NCBI RefSeq assembly: GCF_028368995.1
Contig: NZ_JAQNDL010000001.1
Coordinates: forward strand, 1,760,001-1,824,000
DNA: 64,000 nt
Direction: 5' to 3'
Origin: Nannocystis bainbridge
GTDB lineage: Bacteria; Myxococcota_A; Polyangia; Nannocystales; Nannocystaceae
This document shows, piece after piece, positions 22,474 through 30,646 of this stretch. The first letter of the stretch is position 1; each line of letters opens with the position of its first letter. The notes beneath the pieces were generated by a model. That model searched no databases, had not been told where the DNA came from, and was given only the letters and a program-made list of their open reading frames with translations. A program made the position numbers and the translations under genes.

Positions 22474-23589
22474 ATGGCCGACACGATGCGGATCCTGTCG
22501 CGCGACGCCTTCGCCGAGGTATTGCGCGAGGCCCAGCAGCGCGCCCGCGAGCTCGACCCCTCGCGCTGGCCGCTGCTGCGCCAGGTCGACGCGCAGCTCG
22601 AGTTCATGGCCCGCACCACCGCCGACGGCCGCGTGCCGTACCCCGAGGAGCGCGCGCGCACGACCGTCGGCCCGCTCGCCGCGCGGGAGCTCGAGTCGAT
22701 CGACCCCGAGTTCGCCGACCAGCTCGAGGAGCTCGACTACACCTTCCACCGCTACCCGCTGCTGCCGAAGGGCCCGCCGCTGCGGCGCCGCGGCATCTTG
22801 CAGGTGTGGACCGGCCGCGACGCGTTCCGCAAGTTGATCCTCGAGCACGGCGAGCCGCGCACCGTCGGCACCGCGCGCGCCGATTTCGTGGTCCACGCCG
22901 ACGCCGCCGGCTCGCCGCAATTCCAGATCGTGTGGGACGGCGTCTGCGCCCACGTGCGGGCCCACGACCCGCACCAGCTCACGATCGACGGCGCGCCCGG
23001 GTGGTACGGCGAGCTGGCCAACCGCGGGTGGGTCAAGGCCGGCGCCACCACCTTCCGCTTCCTCGTCGAGGACCGCACCCCGCCGCGCTCGCCCGCCGCG
23101 CCCACGCCCGCCAGCGCCGCCGCGCTCGAACAGCTGCGCCGCCGTCGCGACGCCGGCGACCTCTACGCCGTCATCGACGCCGCTCGCTCCGACCGCGCCC
23201 TCGTGCTGCTCGACGAGAGCGTCGACCCCCACGCCTCGCTCTACGACGGCGAACCGGGCCGCGCCCTCGACGACGTCGCCCCCTACCTCGTCCAGTTCCG
23301 CCGCGACTCCGGCCTGCTCGATCGCCTCGTCACCGAGGGCTGGGGCGACGCCTGGGGCATCTTCCTCGAGAGCAGCGCCGAGTTCGAGGCCGTGCGCCGC
23401 CACCTGCGCCAGTTCCTGGTCGTCAAGGGCGAGGGTCAGTCACGCCGCTTGTTCTTCCGCTTCTACGACCCGAGAGTCATGCGCACCACCGCCGAGGTCC
23501 TCACCGCCGAGCAGCGCGCCGAGCTGCTGCAGGACCTCGGCTGCATCCTCTACGAGGACGAAGACGGCGGCCTCCGCGAGCTGCGCTGA
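22474..23589 (+). CDS. Tsi6-like immunity domain - degenerate FHA - DUF4123 (T6SS effector chaperone) fusion
   Basis: N-terminal LLRQVDAQLEFM...TVGPLAARELESIDPEFADQL (Tsi6-like); central beta-rich FHA-like segment ending VKAGATTFRF; C-terminal LYAVIDAAR...SLYDG...APYLV...WGIF...FFRFYDPRV (DUF4123). Confidence 0.85.
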   Translation: MADTMRILSRDAFAEVLREAQQRARELDPSRWPLLRQVDAQLEFMARTTADGRVPYPEERARTTVGPLAARELESIDPEFADQLEELDYTFHRYPLLPKGPPLRRRGILQVWTGRDAFRKLILEHGEPRTVGTARADFVVHADAAGSPQFQIVWDGVCAHVRAHDPHQLTIDGAPGWYGELANRGWVKAGATTFRFLVEDRTPPRSPAAPTPASAAALEQLRRRRDAGDLYAVIDAARSDRALVLLDESVDPHASLYDGEPGRALDDVAPYLVQFRRDSGLLDRLVTEGWGDAWGIFLESSAEFEAVRRHLRQFLVVKGEGQSRRLFFRFYDPRVMRTTAEVLTAEQRAELLQDLGCILYEDEDGGLRELR

Positions 23590-23598
23590 CCGCCGCGC

Positions 23599-24399
23599 TC
23601 ACTTCGGGCGGTTGGTGCACTCGGCCACCTTGAACACGACCTTGGTCGTGTTGAAGTGCGTCTTCCGGCTCTCTCTCGAATCGGTGTAGTAGTTGACGAC
23701 GTCGGTGATAGCGTCGACGTGCGCGCCGGTGTCGCCGAGGTCGGACTTCTCGTTGAGCTTCTTCCAGCGCCAGTACGCCATCGCCGACAGCATCCCGCCC
23801 TTTGGCTCGAGCGTCTGCTCGACGTTCGCCACGATGTCGAGCCCGTTGCCGGGGTAGCGGGCGTTCATCTGGTTCTGCACGTTCTGATAGATCTCCTTGC
23901 CCGTGATCTGGATGTACCCGCGCCCGCGGTACAGCCAGCCCTCCCCGCTCTCGATGCTGCCGTTGCCGTTGCGCTTGCCGTAGGCCCGGTTGGCGATCGC
24001 CTCCTGGTCGGCGGGGTGATCGTCGTTCCTGCCGTACAGCGCCGCCTCCGCCGGGTTGTCGCGGAAGTAATTGAACTTCTCCTTCAGCACCGACTCCTTG
24101 TAGTTCAGGTTCTCCGTCAGCGCGTTGATCGACGCCCCGACCTCTTGCCGGATCTGGGCGAAGAAGTGGGCCTTGCGCAGGCAGCGGTTGAGCTCGAACT
24201 TCTCGAACGCGCTGTTGAAGGCGTCCATCACCGCGGTGATCTTGGCCGACGAGGCGCTGGGGAAGATCGCCGTCATCTGCTCCTGCGTCACCTTCGCGCA
24301 GCAGCGCGGGCAATCGCCCACGCACGCGCCGACCGGCGAGTTGACCGGGCTCGCGCCGGACCCCGTGTTGAGATCGCTAAGTCCCTGCCGGTGCGCCAT
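23599..24399 (-). CDS. GH19 (lysozyme/chitinase-like) hydrolase, probable T6SS cargo effector
   Basis: AHFFAQIRQE, ENLNY, GNG...GWLYRGRGYIQITGK and ITDVVN motifs; last gene of the vgrG operon; no signal peptide. Confidence 0.88.
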   Translation of the reverse strand: MAHRQGLSDLNTGSGASPVNSPVGACVGDCPRCCAKVTQEQMTAIFPSASSAKITAVMDAFNSAFEKFELNRCLRKAHFFAQIRQEVGASINALTENLNYKESVLKEKFNYFRDNPAEAALYGRNDDHPADQEAIANRAYGKRNGNGSIESGEGWLYRGRGYIQITGKEIYQNVQNQMNARYPGNGLDIVANVEQTLEPKGGMLSAMAYWRWKKLNEKSDLGDTGAHVDAITDVVNYYTDSRESRKTHFNTTKVVFKVAECTNRPK

Positions 24400-24401
24400 G
24401 C

Positions 24402-25172
24402 TCAGCTCCTCCTCGGCAGGTCACCCAGCACGTGCTTCAGCCAGGTGACCGCCTTCTTCTCGAGCCGGACCGGCCACCTCGCCGGCTCTGGCGCCAGGCC
24501 GTCGCGGATGGTGTTGGCGATCCACGGATACAGCGGATCGTCGGCGCAGCCGTGGCCGAACGCGAACATCAGCACGCTCATCAGCGCCTCGCCGCGGGCG
24601 CTCGGCGACTTGAGGCCACGCGCCGCCTCGACCCCTTCGGCGATCAGGCTCGTCAGCGCCTGCTCCCCGATGTAAGCCGCCTTCTCCGGGTACACCGCCG
24701 CAAACTGGCGCGCCAGCTCGCCGACGATCTGCGCCGGCGGGTACTCGAGCGGCTGCTCCGCAAATTGCAGGATCCGCCGCAGCGCCGCGAACGTGAAGTC
24801 GTCGTCCGGCCCGGCCACCTGCCGCCGGTACTCCGTCACCCGGTCATGGATGCGCCCGGCTCGCTGCATCTGCGGATCGTCGGTCGCCGTCGTCAGCAGC
24901 TCGTGAAACCACGGGTACTGCGGATCGGTGTCGAAGCGGCTGCCGAACAGCAGCATCAATTCGAGGTACATGCGCACCGGCCCGCGCAGGTCGAAGCCGT
25001 GGCGCTCGGCCGCCTGCATGCCCTGCTGCACGACCACCAGCATCTGCGCCTCGCCCAGCGTCTTGAACAGCGGCGGCGAGAAGGCGGCCAGGTGGGCCAC
25101 CATCTCGATCTCGAAGGCGCGCCGCGGCGGCTCGCGGAAGCGCGCCAGTTGGTCCTTGCCGATCGTCAGCAT
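24402..25172 (-). CDS. Helical hypothetical protein, probable T6SS adaptor/co-chaperone
   Basis: Starts MLTIGKDQLARF; internal duplication (LMLLFGSRFDTDPQYPW / LMFAFGHGCADDPLYPW); lies between vgrG and the effector. Confidence 0.75.
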   Translation of the reverse strand: MLTIGKDQLARFREPPRRAFEIEMVAHLAAFSPPLFKTLGEAQMLVVVQQGMQAAERHGFDLRGPVRMYLELMLLFGSRFDTDPQYPWFHELLTTATDDPQMQRAGRIHDRVTEYRRQVAGPDDDFTFAALRRILQFAEQPLEYPPAQIVGELARQFAAVYPEKAAYIGEQALTSLIAEGVEAARGLKSPSARGEALMSVLMFAFGHGCADDPLYPWIANTIRDGLAPEPARWPVRLEKKAVTWLKHVLGDLPRRS

Positions 25173-25194
25173 CGTGTCCGTCCCTGACGCTGGC

Positions 25195-27342
25195 TCACTT
25201 CGACCCGCGCTCCGACTCGATCGCGCTGAGCGGCAGGGCGTCCTTCGCGTCGGCCGCCGTCCGCGGATCGGCCGCGGCCCCGCGCACCGGTGAGCCCGCG
25301 CTGTTGATATAGACCATGCTGCCCTTGATGTAGATCCCGCCGGCGTCGATGGTGATGAACCCGCCCGGGCCCTGGATCGTCAGCGCCTCGCCGGCGTCGA
25401 GCACGATCCTGCTGGCCTTGAAGTGGACCTCGTCGCCGGCCTCGACCGCCAGACGACCGGCGATGCGGGCCTGCTCGTTGCCGCCGACGATGCGCGACAC
25501 CGAGTCGTCGACCTTCTCGAGCAGGCTCTTGCGCACGTGCGCGTGGCTGTCGCCGTCGACCAGCTCGAGCTTGTCGCTGCGCACGTGCAGGTCGACGCGC
25601 CCCGGGGCATCGATGCCGCCGACCAGCAGCTGCACGTCGCCGCCGAGGTGCGCCGTGGTGTGGCGGTGCACCTTGAGGTGATGGTCGTGATAGAGCTGGA
25701 CCAGGCTGTCGCCGGCCTTGCCCTGCTCGTCGCTGCCGACCGTCACGTGCGAGTGGCGGAACACCGTCGAGAACGCGTCGTTGTTGACGCGCACGTCGAT
25801 GTTGCGCTCCGCGTGCAGGAAGATCTGCTCGTCGTTCTTCTTGTCCTCGAAGCGCAGCTCGTTGTAGCCGCCGCCGCCGATCGAGCTGTCCGACTTGATC
25901 GTGCTGCGCGTCTTGTGCTCCGGCAGCGTGTACGGCGTCTCGTTCATGCCGTGGTAGATGCGCCCGGTGATGATCGGCCGGTCCGGGTCGCCCTCGATGA
26001 AGTCGACCAGCACCTCGTGACCGATGCGCGGCAGGAACATCGTGCCCCAGCCGTGCCCCGCCCACGCCTGGCTGACGCGGACCCAGCAGGTGCTGCGCTC
26101 GTCGTGCTCGCCCTCGCGGTCCCAGTGGAATTGCACGCGCACCCGGCCGTGCTCGTCGGTGTGGATCTCCTCGCCGTCGGGCCCGACGACGGTCGCCGTC
26201 TGCACCCCGCGCACCGCCGGCCGCGGCGTGACCCGGGCCGGCCGGAACGGCACCTTCAGCTCGGTCGCCGTGAAGCTGTTATGATAGGACATCTCGCCGC
26301 TGGCGTCGTGCAGCAGCGCCTGCGGCTGCTCGCCCTTGTGCTCGACGCGGAGCAGGCGATATTCGCCGTTGAGCTCCTCGTGCGGGTGCCCGACCAGGGT
26401 CATCACCGCCCCCGCGACCAGCCGCGGGCAGTCGCTGGCGCCGACGGCCTGCCGGCGGGTGGCCTGGTGCGCCTCGAGGCGGATCCGCGCCATCGCCTGG
26501 CCCTGGTGCGGCCCGCCCCGCCCCGGGTACTGATATTCGCCGGGGTAGTCGTATTGCTCGAGCTCGGGGTTCTGCTTGGCCGCCTCCTTGACCTCCATCG
26601 ATTGGTCGGGCCGGTGGAGGTTCAGGTCGCGCAGGGTGACCTTGCCGGTCCGCACGCGGCTGCCGATCTGCAGCTCCTTCACGTGCTCGCGGTCCTGGAT
26701 CAGGTTGTTGGGCCGGTTGAACCACACCGTCGCGGTCCCGGGGATCGGGCCGTGGGCCCCGACGTGGTCGGCCATCACCCACACGTGCCGATTCGCCTCG
26801 TGCTCGAAGAAATAGAAGATGCCGTCCTCTTCGAGCAGCCGGCTGACGAACGCCAGGTCGCTCTCGCGGTACTGCACGCAGTAGTTGCGCGGCGCGTACG
26901 TCCCGGTCAACGAGAAGCGGAACCAATCGCGCGGCAGGCCGGCCTTCGTCAGCACCTCGCCGACGATCTGCTCCGTGGTCTTGTCCTGGAAGATCCGGCA
27001 GTCGTGGCGGTGCTGCAGCCGGTGCGCCCACGGCTCGACGATCAGCGCGTATCGCTGGAGATAGCGGGTCTCGCCGATGTACTCCGCCTCGCACACCACC
27101 CCGTGGATCACCCGCTCGACGTCGAGGCCCTGGATCGTCAGCAGCGCCGGCTGACCGACGAACGTCTCGGGGTCGATGTGCGAGGCGCTGGCGACCTCGA
27201 CCGAGAAGCGGAACAGCTCGGAGATGGACTCCTGCCCGGTGAATCGCACCACCTGCAGCGGCAGGTCCGCCACGTCCAGGGTGAACACGGAAAGGTCTCC
27301 GAGCGACCCGGAGCCGGACGACACGAGATCGGGCTGGTTCAT
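25195..27342 (-). CDS. vgrG: Type VI secretion spike protein VgrG
   Basis: RIFQDK, YCVQYRESDLAFVSRLLEEDGIFYFF, QTATVVG, TDEHGRVRVQFHWDR, PRIGHEVLVDFIEGDPDRP, NELRFED; DUF2345-like C-terminus. Likely start MNQPDL at 27342. Confidence 0.96.
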   Translation of the reverse strand: MNQPDLVSSGSGSLGDLSVFTLDVADLPLQVVRFTGQESISELFRFSVEVASASHIDPETFVGQPALLTIQGLDVERVIHGVVCEAEYIGETRYLQRYALIVEPWAHRLQHRHDCRIFQDKTTEQIVGEVLTKAGLPRDWFRFSLTGTYAPRNYCVQYRESDLAFVSRLLEEDGIFYFFEHEANRHVWVMADHVGAHGPIPGTATVWFNRPNNLIQDREHVKELQIGSRVRTGKVTLRDLNLHRPDQSMEVKEAAKQNPELEQYDYPGEYQYPGRGGPHQGQAMARIRLEAHQATRRQAVGASDCPRLVAGAVMTLVGHPHEELNGEYRLLRVEHKGEQPQALLHDASGEMSYHNSFTATELKVPFRPARVTPRPAVRGVQTATVVGPDGEEIHTDEHGRVRVQFHWDREGEHDERSTCWVRVSQAWAGHGWGTMFLPRIGHEVLVDFIEGDPDRPIITGRIYHGMNETPYTLPEHKTRSTIKSDSSIGGGGYNELRFEDKKNDEQIFLHAERNIDVRVNNDAFSTVFRHSHVTVGSDEQGKAGDSLVQLYHDHHLKVHRHTTAHLGGDVQLLVGGIDAPGRVDLHVRSDKLELVDGDSHAHVRKSLLEKVDDSVSRIVGGNEQARIAGRLAVEAGDEVHFKASRIVLDAGEALTIQGPGGFITIDAGGIYIKGSMVYINSAGSPVRGAAADPRTAADAKDALPLSAIESERGSK

Positions 27343-27993
27343 GAGATGGAGGCCGTTTGACCGCTTCTGGGCATGATTTGCACGCAGGGGGTGCTGCGTC
27401 AACGCGTCTTTGCGCGCGCCCGCGGCCGCGATGCCCGCGAGCTCGCGGAGGTCAGCGCCGACGCCACGCGGCCACGCACGGGCGCGACGGGCACGGGTGG
27501 GCAATCATGGGTGCTCGCGGGGCCCGCTGCGAAGCTCGCTGCGCGACGACGCCGCGGCAATGTGCGAACCACGGGTCGGCCATGACGACCCCGCGGGCAG
27601 CCTCGCCCCGTCGCGATCGCAGAGGTCCGTGCGCGGCGCAGCGGCCGCGACGCAGCCCGAACCGCCTGGAAGCCGTCCTGGGGCCGCCCCGGGGCCCCCT
27701 GGTGGCGCCACCCAGGAGCGAATCCACAGGGCCCTCGATCTCGGCGTGCCCATGGCTCGCGGCAGTCATGCCACGCCGCGTCACCCGGCAGCGGCGCCCT
27801 CGTGGTGCTCACAATCCCGCTGCAGGCATTGCCCGCTGTGGTCATGCCATTGCCGCGTGCGAGCGACCCCTCGTACCTCGACTGTCCGAGCACGCATTGC
27901 AGTGCGGGAATCATCCCCCCTCTGCTTGCGCAGAGCGGCGAAACTCGCACGATCGGGCTAGGCGCGCGCCTGCGCCGATCGTAAGATTCGCGG

Positions 27994-29535
27994 ATGCGCG
28001 CATCGAGCCCCGCCTCCTGGATCGCCGTCCTCTCGCTCGTGGCCGCCTGCACCGACGACGCCACTACCACCACCGCCACCCCGACGACCACCGGCGGCGC
28101 GATCGGCAGCAGCACTACCACCACCGGCACCAGCGAGGGCCAGGACACGACCACGGGGACCACCGCGGCCACCACCGCCACCAGCGGCGGCGAAGACCCG
28201 ACCACCTCCGGCACCACCGTCGCTGGCACCACCAGCGGCGGCGTCGATGACAGCACCACCGGCTTCGACGACAGCACCAGCACTGGCGAGCCCGAGGAGC
28301 CGCTGCTGCCCGGCTGCGGCGACACCCCGCCCGCCGACTTCGACGCCGTGCCGAGCGCCCCTGCCGACGGTGCCACGATCGCCGGCGCGACCACCGAGCT
28401 CGCCGTCACCCTCAGCGGCCAGATCCTCGCCGACGCCACCGCCAAGTTTCACCTCCGCGAGGTCCACGAGCTCAGCGACGACGACGACTTCACGATCGTC
28501 ATCATGCCGGACACGCAGAACTACACCCAGTTCCCCGGCAACTTCCCTCAGTACCAGGACCAGACCAAATGGGTGTGGGAGCACCGCAACACCGACCGCA
28601 TCGTCGCCGTGCTGCACAACGGCGACGTCGTCCAGCACGGCAACCAGATCGAGCTCGAGTGGCAGCGCGCCCAGACCGCGATGACGACCCTCGAGACCGA
28701 GAAGCCCAACTTCCCCGACGGCATCCCCTACGGCATCGCCGTCGGCAACCATGACAACGGCGCCCACGCCCACGACAACAAGCCCTTCGGCACGGGCCTC
28801 TTCAACAAGTATTTCGGCGTCAAGCGGTTCGAGAAGCGCGGCTACTACGGCGGCCACTACGGCAGCAAGAACGACAACAACTGGATCGTCGTCCAGGCCG
28901 GCAACCTCGAGGTCGTGATGGTCAGCCTCGAATACCGCGGCGACCTCGGCCAGGACCCCGATGTCCTCCAGTGGGCCCGCGGCGTCTTCAAGGACCACCC
29001 GCACGCGCTCGGCATCGTCAACTCCCACCATATCGTCCGCGCCGACGGCGGCTTCTCCGGCGAGGGCAAGCAGATCTACGAGGCGATGAAGACCGTCGAC
29101 AACGTCCAGTTGATGACGAGCGGCCACATCAAGGAGTTCCGCAACCGCCGCACCGACAATCACAAGGGCCACGTCATCCACTCGATGCTGGCCGACTACC
29201 AGGACCTCATCATCGGCGCCGAGGACTGCGCCGGCGGCTGCGGCTACATGCGCCTGTGGCGGTTCTCGCCGAAGAAGAACCAGCTCAAGGTCGAGACCTT
29301 CTCGCCGACGCTCAACAAGTCGATGACCGGACCGAAGGAGCAGTTCACCCTCACGGTCGACCTCTCCGCGGCCACCGGCGTGTTCGAGCTGAAGGGCTCG
29401 ATCAGCGGCCCCGGCCCCGCCCTCGCCTTCGCGGCCGAGGGCCTCAAGCCCGGCACCAGCTACGAGTGGTACGCCGTCGTCAACGAGTGCGGCGCGAAGG
29501 TCAAGACGCCGGTCCAGACCTTCAAGGTGCAGTGA
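27994..29535 (+). CDS. Lipoprotein with a Thr-rich stalk and a calcineurin-like metallophosphoesterase domain
   Basis: Lipobox LVAAC; Thr-rich linker; MPDTQ, HNGDVV, GNHD, NSHH and SGH metal motifs. Confidence 0.9.
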   Translation: MRASSPASWIAVLSLVAACTDDATTTTATPTTTGGAIGSSTTTTGTSEGQDTTTGTTAATTATSGGEDPTTSGTTVAGTTSGGVDDSTTGFDDSTSTGEPEEPLLPGCGDTPPADFDAVPSAPADGATIAGATTELAVTLSGQILADATAKFHLREVHELSDDDDFTIVIMPDTQNYTQFPGNFPQYQDQTKWVWEHRNTDRIVAVLHNGDVVQHGNQIELEWQRAQTAMTTLETEKPNFPDGIPYGIAVGNHDNGAHAHDNKPFGTGLFNKYFGVKRFEKRGYYGGHYGSKNDNNWIVVQAGNLEVVMVSLEYRGDLGQDPDVLQWARGVFKDHPHALGIVNSHHIVRADGGFSGEGKQIYEAMKTVDNVQLMTSGHIKEFRNRRTDNHKGHVIHSMLADYQDLIIGAEDCAGGCGYMRLWRFSPKKNQLKVETFSPTLNKSMTGPKEQFTLTVDLSAATGVFELKGSISGPGPALAFAAEGLKPGTSYEWYAVVNECGAKVKTPVQTFKVQ

Positions 29536-29623
29536 CGCATGGCGCGCGCGCGCTGAGCCTGGTCACGCCCCGCCGACCCTCCGCGGGCCCGGCCGGGGCC
29601 ACGGGGCTGCTACCGTGCCGCCC

Positions 29624-30598
29624 ATGCCCATGCAAGCGAAGCTGGTCCGAACGGTGCCGGAGCTCGAAGGCACGTTGCCCCTGAGCAGGACCGCGCGAGG
29701 ACCCCACCTCTCGCTCAAGGACGGCACGCTCACGGCGTGGGACCAGGACCTGCAGCCCCTCCGCCGCTCGCCCACCGGCTTGCCCCCCGAAGCGAAGCTG
29801 CTCGACGCGCGGCCCGATCTGAGCGCGCTCGCGGCCGCGATCGACGGTGGTTTATGCATCGTCGCGGACACCCTGCGCCCGGACCCCGCCGTCATCGCGG
29901 TGGCCGCGGACTCCGCCACATTCATCACACCGAATCGCCTCATTGTCACCGCGCCCGGCGCCCCCGCCGGGGGCCGCTCCTTCTCGGAGTTCCACCGCGT
30001 GCTGCTGATGGACCTGGAGGGGCTCGTGCTCGACGAACGACGCGTCGAGGCCGACGCCGCGTGGGCGCACGCCCTCGTGCACCCGACCGAGCCAGCGGTC
30101 CTCTGCGACTTCATCATGGGCCAGGACGGCAACGTGCTCACGGTGATCCGCGCCGAGGGTGACGCGCTGACGGTCCGTGAGGTGTTCCCCGCCGAGGCGT
30201 TCGTGAACCGGGGATTCAGCCCCGACGGCACCCGGGTGCTGCTGCCGCCTTATCCCAGCGATCCGGGGCGCGCGGTGGTCGCGACGTGGCCGCAGCTCGA
30301 CATCGCCGCGCGCCTCGAGGTGGCAGACGACCTGCCGGAGGTGCAGATGGGCATCGACGTGTGGGGCGGCTTCCTCGACGACCACCACGTGCTGCTCCTG
30401 GCGACCGAGCAGGGCCCCATCGTCGCCGCCTCCGACCTCCGCGAAGCTGCGCTGGTCCCCCTGGTGGGCTTCGACGCGGTGAGCGACAGCGAGGGATTCA
30501 TCGAGCTCGCCGCCCCGCTGGCCCCCGACCGCTTCGCGGCCGTCGTGTGGCACCACGGGACCCGGCAGACGACCGTCTGGCGCCTGGAGCGGGTCTAA
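29624..30598 (+). CDS. Hypothetical protein (beta-rich, possibly propeller)
   Basis: GC3-biased ORF with FSPDG and TTVWRL beta-propeller-like elements; exact start (29615/29624/29630) uncertain. Confidence 0.65.
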   Translation: MPMQAKLVRTVPELEGTLPLSRTARGPHLSLKDGTLTAWDQDLQPLRRSPTGLPPEAKLLDARPDLSALAAAIDGGLCIVADTLRPDPAVIAVAADSATFITPNRLIVTAPGAPAGGRSFSEFHRVLLMDLEGLVLDERRVEADAAWAHALVHPTEPAVLCDFIMGQDGNVLTVIRAEGDALTVREVFPAEAFVNRGFSPDGTRVLLPPYPSDPGRAVVATWPQLDIAARLEVADDLPEVQMGIDVWGGFLDDHHVLLLATEQGPIVAASDLREAALVPLVGFDAVSDSEGFIELAAPLAPDRFAAVVWHHGTRQTTVWRLERV

Positions 30599-30646
30599 AA
30601 AAGCAGCGCACCGCGGCTCGATCCGCGAAGCGCCGATTGAGGCCGT

